This document shows positions 1 to 9,384 of a stretch of DNA of 64,000 nt, one piece after another (within the stretch, counting starts at the first letter, position 1; each line of letters opens with the position of its first letter). This DNA comes from an uncultured virus (IMG/VR IMGVR_UViG_3300025070_000023). Taxonomy: Duplodnaviria; Heunggongvirae; Uroviricota; Caudoviricetes. The stretch lies in IMG/VR virus record IMGVR_UViG_3300025070_000023, one strand, 5' to 3'. The translations under genes and the position numbers were made by a program. The notes under the pieces were generated by a model. It saw nothing but the letters and a program-made list of their open reading frames with translations, searched no databases and was not told the origin of the DNA.

Positions 1-1
1 G

Positions 2-172
2 AAATGGCATAATAATCAAATGGCAGTTAAGAGACTAATGGCATCTTTTTATGGCATTGTTGCATTTCAAGGATTTAGTTGGGCTAATGTTACTTTAGCC
101 GCTAGTATTACTGCTAGTGCTAGAGAGGCGATTAGACTAGCCGCATTCAAGGCGAAGGAGTTGGAAGTATGA
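2..172 (+). CDS. polB: Family B DNA polymerase, end of N-terminal part (partial, runs off window start)
   Basis: Manual translation KWHNNQMAVKRLMASFYGIVAFQGFSWANVTLAASITASAREAIR...* matches PolB motif B (Q-x-A-x-K-x3-N-S-x-Y-G) and the following ITA.GR helix; stop TGA at 170-172. Confidence 0.85.
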   Translation, partial: KWHNNQMAVKRLMASFYGIVAFQGFSWANVTLAASITASAREAIRLAAFKAKELEV

Positions 173-423
173 AACTAGAAGGTAGAAAATGTAGATTCAA
201 AAACTGCGAAACTAGAATAATAGGTGAGCCTATGTCTATGGGTGAAGATTCTCCTTCATGGATTATTAAAGGATTAATGAACGGTTATTGCATGAAATGT
301 TCTCTTAGAGAGTTTTCTAATTTAATTCCTGTAATTAATCCTGACCCAAATGAAGAATTTGAGCATTGGTCTATAATAGACGGAGTGCCTACACCTTTGA
401 TTCCAAAGGAGGAAAACGAATGA
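169..423 (+). CDS. Small hypothetical protein with Cys pairs
   Basis: ATGA-coupled to polB-N; CRFKNC and CMKC. Confidence 0.65.
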   Translation: MKLEGRKCRFKNCETRIIGEPMSMGEDSPSWIIKGLMNGYCMKCSLREFSNLIPVINPDPNEEFEHWSIIDGVPTPLIPKEENE

Positions 424-542
424 AATGTAAAAAACCAAAAACACACAGACCTGAATTTGAAGGAAAGTATCATTGTAAAAGATGTGAACAAGAAGCGTTT
501 TTGGATTTGATAGAAGCAAGAAAGTGTGGTGAAGAGGAATGA
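420..542 (+). CDS. 40-aa putative Zn-binding microprotein
   Basis: Manual translation MKCKKPKTHRPEFEGKYHCKRCEQEAF...; ATGA overlaps at both ends; GGAGG upstream. Confidence 0.6.
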   Translation: MKCKKPKTHRPEFEGKYHCKRCEQEAFLDLIEARKCGEEE

Positions 543-742
543 ATAGTTTTTTTAAAAAATGGATAAGAGAAGCAGTAGGAACTAGAGAAGATGTATTTTC
601 TTCTAATAAAATATTAGAAGAGATAGTAACTAAATACGGAACAAGCCAGTATATCGGTTCGGTTTCAGCAATAGGTTGGTATCTCTCTAGACTAGATAAT
701 GTAGAGAGAATTAAAGAAAACAGATATAGGGTGGTAATATGA
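539..742 (+). CDS. Small hypothetical protein (possible wHTH)
   Basis: ATGA-coupled ORF, 67 aa. Confidence 0.6.
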   Translation: MNSFFKKWIREAVGTREDVFSSNKILEEIVTKYGTSQYIGSVSAIGWYLSRLDNVERIKENRYRVVI

Positions 743-912
743 AAACTAAATATGTAACAGTAAAAGTAAATTATGATACTCAAGAAACATGGGAAATTAC
801 CCTACAAGAAGTAGAGGAGATATTTCAAATGATGAATAATTTGAAGCGTAATGCTGTCATCATTGATATTGAACAAGGAGTAGATAAAAATGATGATGGA
901 CAGAACGAATGA
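739..912 (+). CDS. 57-aa hypothetical protein
   Basis: Manual translation MKTKYVTVKVNYDTQETWEITLQEVEEIF...; ATGA overlap, GGTGG upstream. Confidence 0.6.
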   Translation: MKTKYVTVKVNYDTQETWEITLQEVEEIFQMMNNLKRNAVIIDIEQGVDKNDDGQNE

Positions 913-1021
913 ATTATTAGAAGAATTGCTCGCTATGATAGCAAGAAGTAACAAGATATTGATGATGGTAAATATCGTGAACATAGCAACCATCATAACT
1001 ATAGTAACGGTGATAGTATGA
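890..1021 (+). CDS. 43-aa membrane-anchored microprotein
   Basis: Manual translation MMMDRTNELLEELLAMIARSNKILMMVNIVNIATIITIVTVIV; hydrophobic C-terminus. Confidence 0.55.
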   Translation: MMMDRTNELLEELLAMIARSNKILMMVNIVNIATIITIVTVIV

Positions 1022-1224
1022 ATAACGAAGAAATGAAAAAGAAAATTGAAGAATTAGAAATGAAGATTAAAGGATTGGAGAATGACTTAGATGACATGGA
1101 ACAGCAACTAGAAAGTGCTAACAAAGTTAAGCGGGCTGTTGTAGAGATACAAGATTTCCTAACAAGGAAGTCTAATGGCTACGAAGTTGATTTCCATTCT
1201 TACTTAGTAAGACTAAATAAGTGA
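1018..1224 (+). CDS. Small coiled-coil protein
   Basis: Heptad-like KKKIEELEMKIKGLENDLDDMEQQL; GGTGA RBS. Confidence 0.7.
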   Translation: MNNEEMKKKIEELEMKIKGLENDLDDMEQQLESANKVKRAVVEIQDFLTRKSNGYEVDFHSYLVRLNK

Positions 1225-1229
1225 TTAAC

Positions 1230-2123
1230 ATGAAAGTAGTTTACGGACACACAGATTCAATCTATGTACAAATAGATTCTGTTGCGAAAGCGCAGATGAT
1301 TTGTGCAGATATACAGGACAGTGTAAGAAAACATTTTCCTAATATTATGGGATTAAATGAACATCCCGTAGTATTAGAGTTTGAAAAATACTATTCCTCT
1401 TTAGGAGTAGGAACAACCAAAAACAGAAACGCAGGAATGATTACTTGGAAAGATGGTGAATGGTTAGATGAGCAGGAATTCACAATGACTGGCTTTACTG
1501 CCAAAAGAGTTAGTGAAACGGGTTTTGCTAAAGATACTCAATTAGATGTATTGAAAAGATGGGTAAATGCTGAATCAAGAGAACAAATCAATAAATCCCT
1601 TCATGATAGGTATGATAGTGCTTTGTCGGGAAATATTGATTTAAAGGATATTGTAAAAAGAAGCAGACTACGGGCTAATAGATTTAATGTCAAATGTCCG
1701 GAGTGCGGAACTAAATACCATCTTAAAGATTGTATTAAATTAGAATATTCTGTTTGTAGTAAATGCTCTACTCCGACAACTAGGTTTCAAACCTTAGAGG
1801 GAAAGAAACCGTCAATAGGTTCCGGAATAGCGGGTGTTCTGTTTGCTTGGGAAAAAGAAAATAAGCATTTTGATGACTCTTATCTTTCTATGAAAGTAAC
1901 GGGTGTAAGAGATACCTTTACCCATCCTTTAACTCAAGAAAACAGACAAGTAGAATATGTAGCAGGTGTTGAATTGAAAGACTTTGAGAGTTATAATCCT
2001 GATTATAAACACTATGCTGAGCAAATAGTTGATAAGGCAAAACCCATCTACAAGGCTATGGGTTGGGATTTATCAGCAATAAGAACAGGAAAAACACAAA
2101 AGACATTGGAGGAATGGTTTTGA
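1230..2123 (+). CDS. polB: Family B DNA polymerase, C-terminal part (motif C and thumb) with Zn-finger insert
   Basis: VVYGHTDSIYV (motif C variant), LEFEKYY, KNRNAG, CPECG...CSKC insert, DYKHYAEQ near end. Confidence 0.9.
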   Translation: MKVVYGHTDSIYVQIDSVAKAQMICADIQDSVRKHFPNIMGLNEHPVVLEFEKYYSSLGVGTTKNRNAGMITWKDGEWLDEQEFTMTGFTAKRVSETGFAKDTQLDVLKRWVNAESREQINKSLHDRYDSALSGNIDLKDIVKRSRLRANRFNVKCPECGTKYHLKDCIKLEYSVCSKCSTPTTRFQTLEGKKPSIGSGIAGVLFAWEKENKHFDDSYLSMKVTGVRDTFTHPLTQENRQVEYVAGVELKDFESYNPDYKHYAEQIVDKAKPIYKAMGWDLSAIRTGKTQKTLEEWF

Positions 2124-3034
2124 ATATAGATGAAAAATATAAAGCAAGAATAGCGAGCATGAAAGAATATACTTATGATTGGCAACCGGAAAATTATGAA
2201 GACCCGTCGCAACCAATACTGAAGATAAGTAAATCTTCTTTGGGTAGTTTTGATTGGTGTGCTAAAAAATATCAGTTTAATTATATTGAACGAAGACCGC
2301 AAGACCAAACAGAAGCCATGAAGAAAGGAACAATACTACATAACTCTAGAGAAGAATTTTTTGAAGTTTTTGATATTAAAAAAGCAGAAGCCATGAATGC
2401 AACGGAAGTATTAGATTATTGTACTAGCCTAATGCCTGTAGATGATTATTTTGATATTAGCCTAACAGTGGCGGCATTCGAAGCGCAAAGATACTTGGAT
2501 GCAAGAACAGAAGGAAAGGTAAATGAGTATTTACCAATAATTAACGAAGAGATGTTTGATTGTGAAATAACAATACCAAAAGACATAAATCCTAAATTTA
2601 CATTAGAAAGAGACTACATTGTTCACCTTCAAGGTATTATTGATAGAGTGTTTATTGAAGATGGTAATTTGATACCGTTTGAATATAAAACAGGGGCTTG
2701 GTCTACTAGCCCCGCTAAGAAAACTTCTATGAGAAAAGAAATGGCATTCTATAAACTCATGATTGAAAATTGCGAAGAAGAGATATTAGAAAAATACGGT
2801 CTTTCTAAAGATATGGAAGTAACACATTGGGGTTGGTATTATCCTGCTTCGGATTTTGTTTTTACTGAAAAAGTCAAAAAGCAAACAACTACAGCAGTTA
2901 TGAAAAACATAGCAAAACTACTTCACGCTTACGAACAAAAAGAATTCAAGGCTAGACAGTTCTATGCAAACATATGCACTAATTGCTCTTACTTCGGTAT
3001 TTGCGAAGATGCTCTACAAGATACATGGGTGTGA
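2114..3034 (+). CDS. Cas4/AddB-like PD-(D/E)xK exonuclease
   Basis: SKSSL..FDWC, GTILH, GIIDRV...EYKTG and C-terminal CTNCSYFGIC (1+3 Cys Fe-S layout); start uncertain (2114 ATG or 2120 TTG). Confidence 0.8.
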   Translation: MVLNIDEKYKARIASMKEYTYDWQPENYEDPSQPILKISKSSLGSFDWCAKKYQFNYIERRPQDQTEAMKKGTILHNSREEFFEVFDIKKAEAMNATEVLDYCTSLMPVDDYFDISLTVAAFEAQRYLDARTEGKVNEYLPIINEEMFDCEITIPKDINPKFTLERDYIVHLQGIIDRVFIEDGNLIPFEYKTGAWSTSPAKKTSMRKEMAFYKLMIENCEEEILEKYGLSKDMEVTHWGWYYPASDFVFTEKVKKQTTTAVMKNIAKLLHAYEQKEFKARQFYANICTNCSYFGICEDALQDTWV

Positions 3035-3038
3035 TATT

Positions 3039-3410
3039 ATGAAAGATTTAATTAAGAAAAAAGTATTATCTAAGAAATGGTCTTTTCTAGAAGTTAGCGA
3101 ATTAGCAAACTCTATTGGCCTTTTGGCAAATGAAATATACATTGAACTATCTCTACAGGAAAGATTCGAATTGGTTAGAGATATTAGAATAAATGAAAAT
3201 ATGATAGGAAGAACATATGAAGATATGTTTAGAGATATAGGTTTAATACAAATACAAGCAGATATGGCAGAAGTAGTTAAGCAAATGCTTAACTCGGCAA
3301 CAGTAAATTTTGGAGGTAATAATAATGAGATATCCGAGAATGGTTTGGGCGGGAAGTCAAATAAAGAACGCCCCACAGATGAAAAGAAAAAAGATGATAA
3401 CAAGAAATGA
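3039..3410 (+). CDS. Hypothetical protein
   Basis: ORF in operon, GGTGTGA upstream of ATG 3039. Confidence 0.6.
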   Translation: MKDLIKKKVLSKKWSFLEVSELANSIGLLANEIYIELSLQERFELVRDIRINENMIGRTYEDMFRDIGLIQIQADMAEVVKQMLNSATVNFGGNNNEISENGLGGKSNKERPTDEKKKDDNKK

Positions 3411-4365
3411 CTACATAGATTTTGTTCAAGCCCACAATAACAGAACAAATGTCTATACCACTGTTTATGATTTTGAGCATTTTTCAGAAAAGATGCCAAT
3501 AGAAAGCACAGTTATTATTGATAGAATCTTTCTTGATTTTGACGCACATGAAGATACTCTAGATAAGGCATGGCGTGATGTAAAGCAAGTTATGGAATTA
3601 GTAATTAAAAGAGATTATGAACACACTCTTTTCTTTTCGGGAAGAGGATTTCATATGTTTATTTTTGGTGAACCTGCCAAGAACATGCGTGAAGTCCAAG
3701 TTCTATTTAGAGAAATAAAAGAGTATTTGGTTTCTAAAGTTGGTAAAGACATTACTCTAGATGATAGAGTCGGGCAAATATCTAGGCTTAGAAGAGTTCC
3801 CAATACAGTTAATATGTCATCCTCCGATGGAAATGGTAATGCTCTATATTGCATACCTCTAAGAATAGAAGACTTAGATTTAACAGCGAGTGAAATACTC
3901 ACTTTATCTATAAACCCTCGATATCTCCCTTTCAAAGTGGAGGGAAGCAAGAAGGTGATTTTTCCTAAAGCAAAACCCATTGAAGCCATGAAAGGTTCTG
4001 TTTCCGTTCCCAAAACTGTTGGTAATTTACCTATCCTTCCTTGCTTGCACAATGCGGTAATGGTAGAAAATCCAACACACATAACAAGAGCATATCTTGT
4101 TTCATGGTATAGGGATATGATATCAGGCTATCAAAACTTAGAAACGAATGAAGAAAAAGAAAAGACATTGAATTTAGTTGTAGAAGAATTGGAAAGAGTG
4201 TTTGCTGATTCGGATTCTATTTGGTTAGATTGGGATAAAAGAGAAACTAAGAAACATGCTAAATTTACTGTCTACAATAATTACAATACCCCTCATTGTA
4301 ATAAGTTAATTAGTGAAGGATTCTGTGTCGGAAAGTGTTGGAGGTATAATGATGCTAATAATTGA
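3325..4365 (+). CDS. Archaeo-eukaryotic primase, catalytic domain with C-terminal PriL-like Cys cluster
   Basis: IFLDFD, FSGRGFH, RLRRVPNT motifs; LPCL...PHCNKL...FCVGKC. Confidence 0.85.
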   Translation: MRYPRMVWAGSQIKNAPQMKRKKMITRNDYIDFVQAHNNRTNVYTTVYDFEHFSEKMPIESTVIIDRIFLDFDAHEDTLDKAWRDVKQVMELVIKRDYEHTLFFSGRGFHMFIFGEPAKNMREVQVLFREIKEYLVSKVGKDITLDDRVGQISRLRRVPNTVNMSSSDGNGNALYCIPLRIEDLDLTASEILTLSINPRYLPFKVEGSKKVIFPKAKPIEAMKGSVSVPKTVGNLPILPCLHNAVMVENPTHITRAYLVSWYRDMISGYQNLETNEEKEKTLNLVVEELERVFADSDSIWLDWDKRETKKHAKFTVYNNYNTPHCNKLISEGFCVGKCWRYNDANN

Positions 4366-5041
4366 TTCTAGAGAAAACTCGGCTTTATCCGATTTAGTTG
4401 AAAAGAAAGCACAGGCTCTTTTAATTTCCAATGAAAGGCGGTTTTTAGAAATAGGAGATTATGTCTTTGATGATGTTTGTTTCGAAGCAAAATCGGTAAT
4501 TGATTTCATTAACTCCGTAATGTCAAAAAGACTTTGGACGCAGTTAGATAATATGGATAGACATTATCAAACGAATATAGTAATTATTTATGGCTGTTTA
4601 GATTTAGCAATAGCAAATATTATTGAGAACTCTAGAAGTAAATTAACTCCAAAGGCTAGAGCAGTATTAATGAATAACAAGTTTTATGGGGCTTTAGGTA
4701 AAATAACTTTAGATATGGATGTTAAACCATTTTGGGTAAAAGATGAAAAAGATGCGGCATCTGTTATAACTACAGTTTGTAAAATGAAACCCATAACTAG
4801 GGAAGTAATCGCCCCTCAAATATTTAAAAGAATTACAACAGATGATATGAGAATAGATACACTGACTAGCATTAAAGGGGTGTCTGTTAAAAAAGCAAAG
4901 GCACTCATAAAGGAATTCGGCTCTATTATGGAAATAGGAGAATGCTCCGAATTTGAAATACAGGCAATTGAAGGTGTTGGTAAGACCCTAGCCAAAAGAA
5001 TTCTTACCACATTAAACTCGGAAGAGAAGGTGAAAATATGA
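4349..5041 (+). CDS. ERCC4/XPF-family nuclease with tandem HhH
   Basis: IIDSRE, IGDY, FEAKS..DF..S; HhH motifs IKGVSVKKA and IEGVGKTLA. Confidence 0.88.
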   Translation: MMLIIDSRENSALSDLVEKKAQALLISNERRFLEIGDYVFDDVCFEAKSVIDFINSVMSKRLWTQLDNMDRHYQTNIVIIYGCLDLAIANIIENSRSKLTPKARAVLMNNKFYGALGKITLDMDVKPFWVKDEKDAASVITTVCKMKPITREVIAPQIFKRITTDDMRIDTLTSIKGVSVKKAKALIKEFGSIMEIGECSEFEIQAIEGVGKTLAKRILTTLNSEEKVKI

Positions 5042-6510
5042 ATGATGATATAAATGAAGAAGAATATATGAATGAATTAGAAAACAATACAGGACACTTT
5101 AGCGAAAGCCTACCGAAAGTAGTTCAAGAGTTCCAAAAATCAGCAGTAAAGGTATCACACTACAATGATGTTCCTGCGGCTATTTCTTTCTTTAATATAC
5201 TAGGACAGATTGTAAAAGATTTCGTTATAATCACAAATGGAAGAAATCATGAAGATACTCGAATACATTTTTGTTGGGTTCAAACTTCAGGAACAGGAAA
5301 ATCTACATTGTGGAATTTTATTAATCCTGTTTCAACGAAAACATTTCAAATGATTAACGAAACTAATGAACATCCTTCCTTGCGTAACGATGAAGGAATA
5401 CCGATGAAAAGAGTATTTGATACCTTTAGTCTAACGGATTATACTGATTCAGTTCTAATAGGAAAGTTCGCAAAGGACGAACCGGAAGAAAGAGGGGATG
5501 AGCCAACTTATACTAGAGTAAAAGGAATATTAGAAGGAAACGGTTTAGCCCATTGGGATGAGTTTGAATACTCCGGTGTATTTAAGCAAAGCCAACACCA
5601 AGAAAAAGCAATTGTATATTTGAATACTTTAATGAACAGTCTTTCGGGAGACTCATGGGTAATTAAGAAAGCACTGTCATCCTATGATAATCAAATAATG
5701 AAATGCTATTGTGAGCGTTCAGTATTGGCTATGACATATCCTCCTAGCAACCTAAATACTGTTATGGCAGAAAAGGGTGTTCTACAAAGAATGCTTCTTT
5801 ATGTTTGGGAAGTTCCGGAGTTTATTCAGCATAAAATGAGATTGGAACAAATAGACAAAGCAGGAACTATAGAAGAAGTTAATCAGCCTGTTGATAGGTT
5901 TGCTAACGCACTATTTGAGTTATACAAAATAACTAAGGAAAGATTCCTAGAAGTAAATGGCGACCCGCTTAAGACAATGAAATACACAAAAGATTTCAAC
6001 CAAGTGCTAAAGTTAGAATATGAAAATATGAGGAGATTTCTACAGAATACTAGGAGTGATGTATCAGCAATTGCTTCTAACTTTACAACTAGGCTCATGA
6101 AGATTCTATACAAAATGTCAGTATTATGTAGCATAGCCTCCGCACCATCCATAGAAAATAAAGATGAACGGTTCGTGGTTACAGGGCATAATGTTCGCCA
6201 AGCGGCTAATATTGTCCGAAGATGTTATATGACATTGGTAGACTGGTTAGAACGAAGCCTAAAGGTTAAGAGACAAAGTATAGCGGAAAATTCGCTAGAG
6301 TCATTATTCATTGATGCTTATAATAAACTAGAAAAAGACAGTGACGGGTTCCTAAATAAAACACTATTGCTAGCGGAAGTGAAAGACAAAGCCAAAAAAT
6401 CAAGAGCGCAGATATACAGACACTATGATGTAATAAGGCACAAATTTATAGAACAAAAAGAGTCGAATAATAAGACATATATTAAACTAATAAAAGGTGA
6501 TGATGAATGA
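5038..6510 (+). CDS. AAA+ ATPase, probable MCM-like replicative helicase
   Basis: Walker A SGTGKST, Walker B HWDEFE, LQRM Arg finger-like, C-terminal wHTH-like region; next to primase. Confidence 0.7.
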   Translation: MNDDINEEEYMNELENNTGHFSESLPKVVQEFQKSAVKVSHYNDVPAAISFFNILGQIVKDFVIITNGRNHEDTRIHFCWVQTSGTGKSTLWNFINPVSTKTFQMINETNEHPSLRNDEGIPMKRVFDTFSLTDYTDSVLIGKFAKDEPEERGDEPTYTRVKGILEGNGLAHWDEFEYSGVFKQSQHQEKAIVYLNTLMNSLSGDSWVIKKALSSYDNQIMKCYCERSVLAMTYPPSNLNTVMAEKGVLQRMLLYVWEVPEFIQHKMRLEQIDKAGTIEEVNQPVDRFANALFELYKITKERFLEVNGDPLKTMKYTKDFNQVLKLEYENMRRFLQNTRSDVSAIASNFTTRLMKILYKMSVLCSIASAPSIENKDERFVVTGHNVRQAANIVRRCYMTLVDWLERSLKVKRQSIAENSLESLFIDAYNKLEKDSDGFLNKTLLLAEVKDKAKKSRAQIYRHYDVIRHKFIEQKESNNKTYIKLIKGDDE

Positions 6511-6734
6511 AATGGGAAAACACATACTTAGTATTTGAAGTAGCAAAGGGGCCGAAAGTAATAATTGATACATTAAACACATATGGAAACGATGGTTGGG
6601 AATGTTGTTCTCAACTTATTGTAGCGGGTTCTCAAATAGTCTGCTTTCTAAAAAGAAGAACAGACTTAGAGGATAAACCTAAAGTCAATAAGGAAGAAGA
6701 AAAGATTTCTAAACTTTGGTCTGCAACGGAATGA
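6507..6734 (+). CDS. Small protein, DUF4177-like
   Basis: MKWE...LNTYGNDGWE...FLKR pattern. Confidence 0.6.
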   Translation: MKWENTYLVFEVAKGPKVIIDTLNTYGNDGWECCSQLIVAGSQIVCFLKRRTDLEDKPKVNKEEEKISKLWSATE

Positions 6735-7333
6735 TGCAAATGTCAGTTCTAGCAATTGACTTGGAAACTAAAAATATGTCATACGACATAGGCGGTTTTG
6801 GTAATACCCATATGTTTCAAGTCTCTACTGTTGCCACATGGGATGGTAAAACAGGAACAGTCTATGTTGATGAGCCTGTAGATAGTTTTGCTAAATCGGG
6901 TCATGTTATTAAATCAATTAGAGAACTAAAATATGATTTAGATGATAACTTTTCAAAAGGAGTAAAACTTCTAGGCCACAACATTAGGGCTTTTGACCTG
7001 CCTATCTTAAGAGATTCTTTAGATATATATTGTATAAATAAATATCTAGCACAAGAACAGTTTATTGATACTTCTAAATATTTAACTAAAGAACACGGTG
7101 AGAGGTATCAACTTAAAAATTTAGTTAAATGTACAATGAATGATTATAAATTAATGGACAGTGCAGATGCCCCTAAATTGTGGAAAATGGGTCAATATGA
7201 TGAAGTAGTAGAATATTGCATGAAAGATACTCAACTAGTATATGACTTGTGGAAATATGGTCAAGATAATGGAATAGTAAAGGGTTTTTCTATAGAAAAA
7301 GCAAAGCATGTAGATTTGGAGGTGAAATGGTGA
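6731..7333 (+). CDS. DEDD 3'-5' exonuclease (RNase H-like)
   Basis: IDLET, GHNIRAFDLP, YCMKDT. Confidence 0.85.
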   Translation: MMQMSVLAIDLETKNMSYDIGGFGNTHMFQVSTVATWDGKTGTVYVDEPVDSFAKSGHVIKSIRELKYDLDDNFSKGVKLLGHNIRAFDLPILRDSLDIYCINKYLAQEQFIDTSKYLTKEHGERYQLKNLVKCTMNDYKLMDSADAPKLWKMGQYDEVVEYCMKDTQLVYDLWKYGQDNGIVKGFSIEKAKHVDLEVKW

Positions 7334-7479
7334 CAGGTTGGGAATGGTTCGGCTTGTTTATTTTCGTTACTATCTTGATGCTTCTTTTCTTTGCCGCTTT
7401 CGGTGGAACTAATATCACCGATGAAAGCGTTGAGGAATATATGAAGCGTTTGATGAACGAAAATAAAAAAGTTCCGTGA
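7327..7479 (+). CDS. 50-aa single-TM protein
   Basis: Manual translation MVTGWEWFGLFIFVTILMLLFFAAFGG...; GGAGGTGA RBS. Confidence 0.65.
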   Translation: MVTGWEWFGLFIFVTILMLLFFAAFGGTNITDESVEEYMKRLMNENKKVP

Positions 7480-7483
7480 TTAG

Positions 7484-7627
7484 ATGGCATTAAAACAAGA
7501 GTGTAAGTTCTGCAAAGAACAAACCATAGCAAAAAGACTTCTAGGTTTTTATGTTGGTTCGGATGAACAAATAAAATTGTGGGAGTGTCGTCGCTGTAAA
7601 GGCATATGGTCAGAAAAAACAATATGA
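7484..7627 (+). CDS. 47-aa Zn-ribbon protein (TFS/TFIIS C-ribbon-like spacing)
   Basis: Manual translation MALKQECKFCKEQTIAKRLLGFYVGSDEQIKLWECRRCKGIWSEKTI. Confidence 0.7.
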   Translation: MALKQECKFCKEQTIAKRLLGFYVGSDEQIKLWECRRCKGIWSEKTI

Positions 7628-7655
7628 GGGGCTTCGGCCTCTCTAGTTTTTTTTT
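7626..7655 (+). terminator. Hairpin plus T-run ending the replication operon
   Basis: GAGGGGC-TTCG-GCCTCTC followed by T9. Confidence 0.75.
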
Positions 7656-7804
7656 GGTCTTTTGTCCACTATAATTTTTTTTATTAGGCGAAAATCAGGG
7701 TATTTCGTGTTCTTCGAGAAAAACAATGCCTGTTGTTTCTTTGCTTTTAAAATCAATAATTATAGTTAAATAGCCTAGAATAAAACCAAACAAAAACCAA
7801 CCTA

Positions 7805-8035
7805 TCATTGTTGGTCATCTCTTTTTTTCCATATTATACATTTAGTTTTATTATCATATCCTGCTTTATCAAAATAACTACTCAAAACATTTGTTAATTG
7901 TCTAAATGTTAGTTCTGCTTTTTTACGAGAACCGTTAGATAATCTTTCATGTATTTGTTTAGTTGTTAATTCATTTTCTCCTATTATTTCTATTATGTTA
8001 AGTATGGCTAATTTTTTACCTGCTCTTATTTTCAT
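7805..8035 (-). CDS. Small winged-helix DNA-binding protein
   Basis: LTTKQIHERL...LTFRQLTNVL...IIW pattern. Confidence 0.55.
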   Translation of the reverse strand: MKIRAGKKLAILNIIEIIGENELTTKQIHERLSNGSRKKAELTFRQLTNVLSSYFDKAGYDNKTKCIIWKKRDDQQ

Positions 8036-8044
8036 ATTAACAAC

Positions 8045-8527
8045 TCAATCAATGTCATACCAAAACCCTATGCTATCGCAGTAACTCCCATATTTGTGCG
8101 TCATAGCCGCTTTATAGCCGTCGTATGATAAAGGATTATCCCCTATCCAAGAATCAAACCAACCTATATCCCAATGCGAACCTGTGGGAATATTCCAAGT
8201 TTCTATATCTTCTTTAATTAAAGTAAATCTACTATCCTTAGCACAATAAGGCCAAACCATATCTATTACTTCTTGTGAGTTTTCTATAATAGTAACAGAA
8301 TTAAAAGTGTGGTTATCAATCAATTCTTTATTTAGAAAACCTATTCCCAAACCCGCTACTAATATATCTCCTGTTGCATTCTCCCAAAGCCACTTATGAG
8401 TATAATGTTCTAAAAAAGAATCTTTCATAATAGAACCTACGCTTTTCTTAATTAGCGAAAGTTCTCCATTATCCATTTCTAACTTCCAGTTAGTTGTTTC
8501 ATCTTCGGGTATATTTATTCCTAACAT
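8045..8527 (-). CDS. Class I SAM-dependent methyltransferase-like (spermidine synthase-like) protein
   Basis: GDILVAGLGIG motif I, VTIIE, EDI, WFDSW. Confidence 0.7.
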   Translation of the reverse strand: MLGINIPEDETTNWKLEMDNGELSLIKKSVGSIMKDSFLEHYTHKWLWENATGDILVAGLGIGFLNKELIDNHTFNSVTIIENSQEVIDMVWPYCAKDSRFTLIKEDIETWNIPTGSHWDIGWFDSWIGDNPLSYDGYKAAMTHKYGSYCDSIGFWYDID

Positions 8528-8535
8528 TTAATCAC

Positions 8536-9378
8536 CTAAGTTAATATTAACTCATAAAAGAAATGAGTTGCTTCGGTTTGAACGCTCGTATTGCCCCTTA
8601 CTTTAAATTGAATAATCATAGATTGTCCGGCAGTAGCAGTAGGGGCACCCCCACCTCTACCTGCAAAGTTTCTTAATGAACAAATACAATGACTATCGCC
8701 ACTGATAAACACTGTCGAATTTCCGGTAGTTACAACACCATTTGAACCAAGATGAGAGTTACTAGTAACCGTTCCTGTAGAGTTAAATAGTTCAGTAGCA
8801 TTAGTAAAACTTGTTGAATCTACAAGAGGATAAGTTTGCCCTACTTCGGAACGAGTAGTTTTAGCGGCTATACCCATACCTGTAAAGTTTGCAGATGCTC
8901 CAAGTATGCTTATATCCCCTTGTGAGAATGAAACAACTCCGGTGTTAGGAGATTCTAAAAACCATCCGAATAAAAAGAAAGTTTCATCAATGTTTACTGC
9001 CGAACCACCCGAACCAGTAAAGCCTGTTCCAAATAAACTATTAAAAGCAGAAGCGGGCATACTGTGTGATAATTTTATAGTATAATTTCCGCCATTAAGT
9101 TGAGGATTTGTTAAATCTGTAAGAGTCATACTTGCATTAGTAGTTTGATTACCATTAAATGGCGTTATTATTTGTGGGCCTATATTGTTTTGGAACAATT
9201 GAGTATAATTATTTCCTATTGCATGCACTGTAAATCCAACTGGCCCACCATTAGAAATAGCAGTATATATTTGGCTAGGTGGGGTTAATCCTGTAGGCGG
9301 AGAACCACCACCACCGCCACCACCGCTACTAGTGGCTTGATTTTGAACAACTCCAAATTGCCAATTAATTCCGCCCAT
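8536..9378 (-). CDS. Putative virion/tail-associated protein
   Basis: G/S/T/N-rich, beta-like, Gly tract; end of tail module. Confidence 0.5.
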   Translation of the reverse strand: MGGINWQFGVVQNQATSSGGGGGGGSPPTGLTPPSQIYTAISNGGPVGFTVHAIGNNYTQLFQNNIGPQIITPFNGNQTTNASMTLTDLTNPQLNGGNYTIKLSHSMPASAFNSLFGTGFTGSGGSAVNIDETFFLFGWFLESPNTGVVSFSQGDISILGASANFTGMGIAAKTTRSEVGQTYPLVDSTSFTNATELFNSTGTVTSNSHLGSNGVVTTGNSTVFISGDSHCICSLRNFAGRGGGAPTATAGQSMIIQFKVRGNTSVQTEATHFFYELILT

Positions 9379-9384
9379 AGTTAA

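Noticed and set aside
173..1229. Intron or split intein joining the polB halves
   Set aside because: No intein termini visible and the gap is filled with coupled ORFs
2114..3034. CRISPR-Cas system implied by the Cas4-like gene
   Set aside because: No other cas genes or arrays; solo Cas4-like nucleases are common in viral replication modules
285..7622. Minus-strand ORFs over the replication operon
   Set aside because: Antisense to a continuous coupled plus-strand operon
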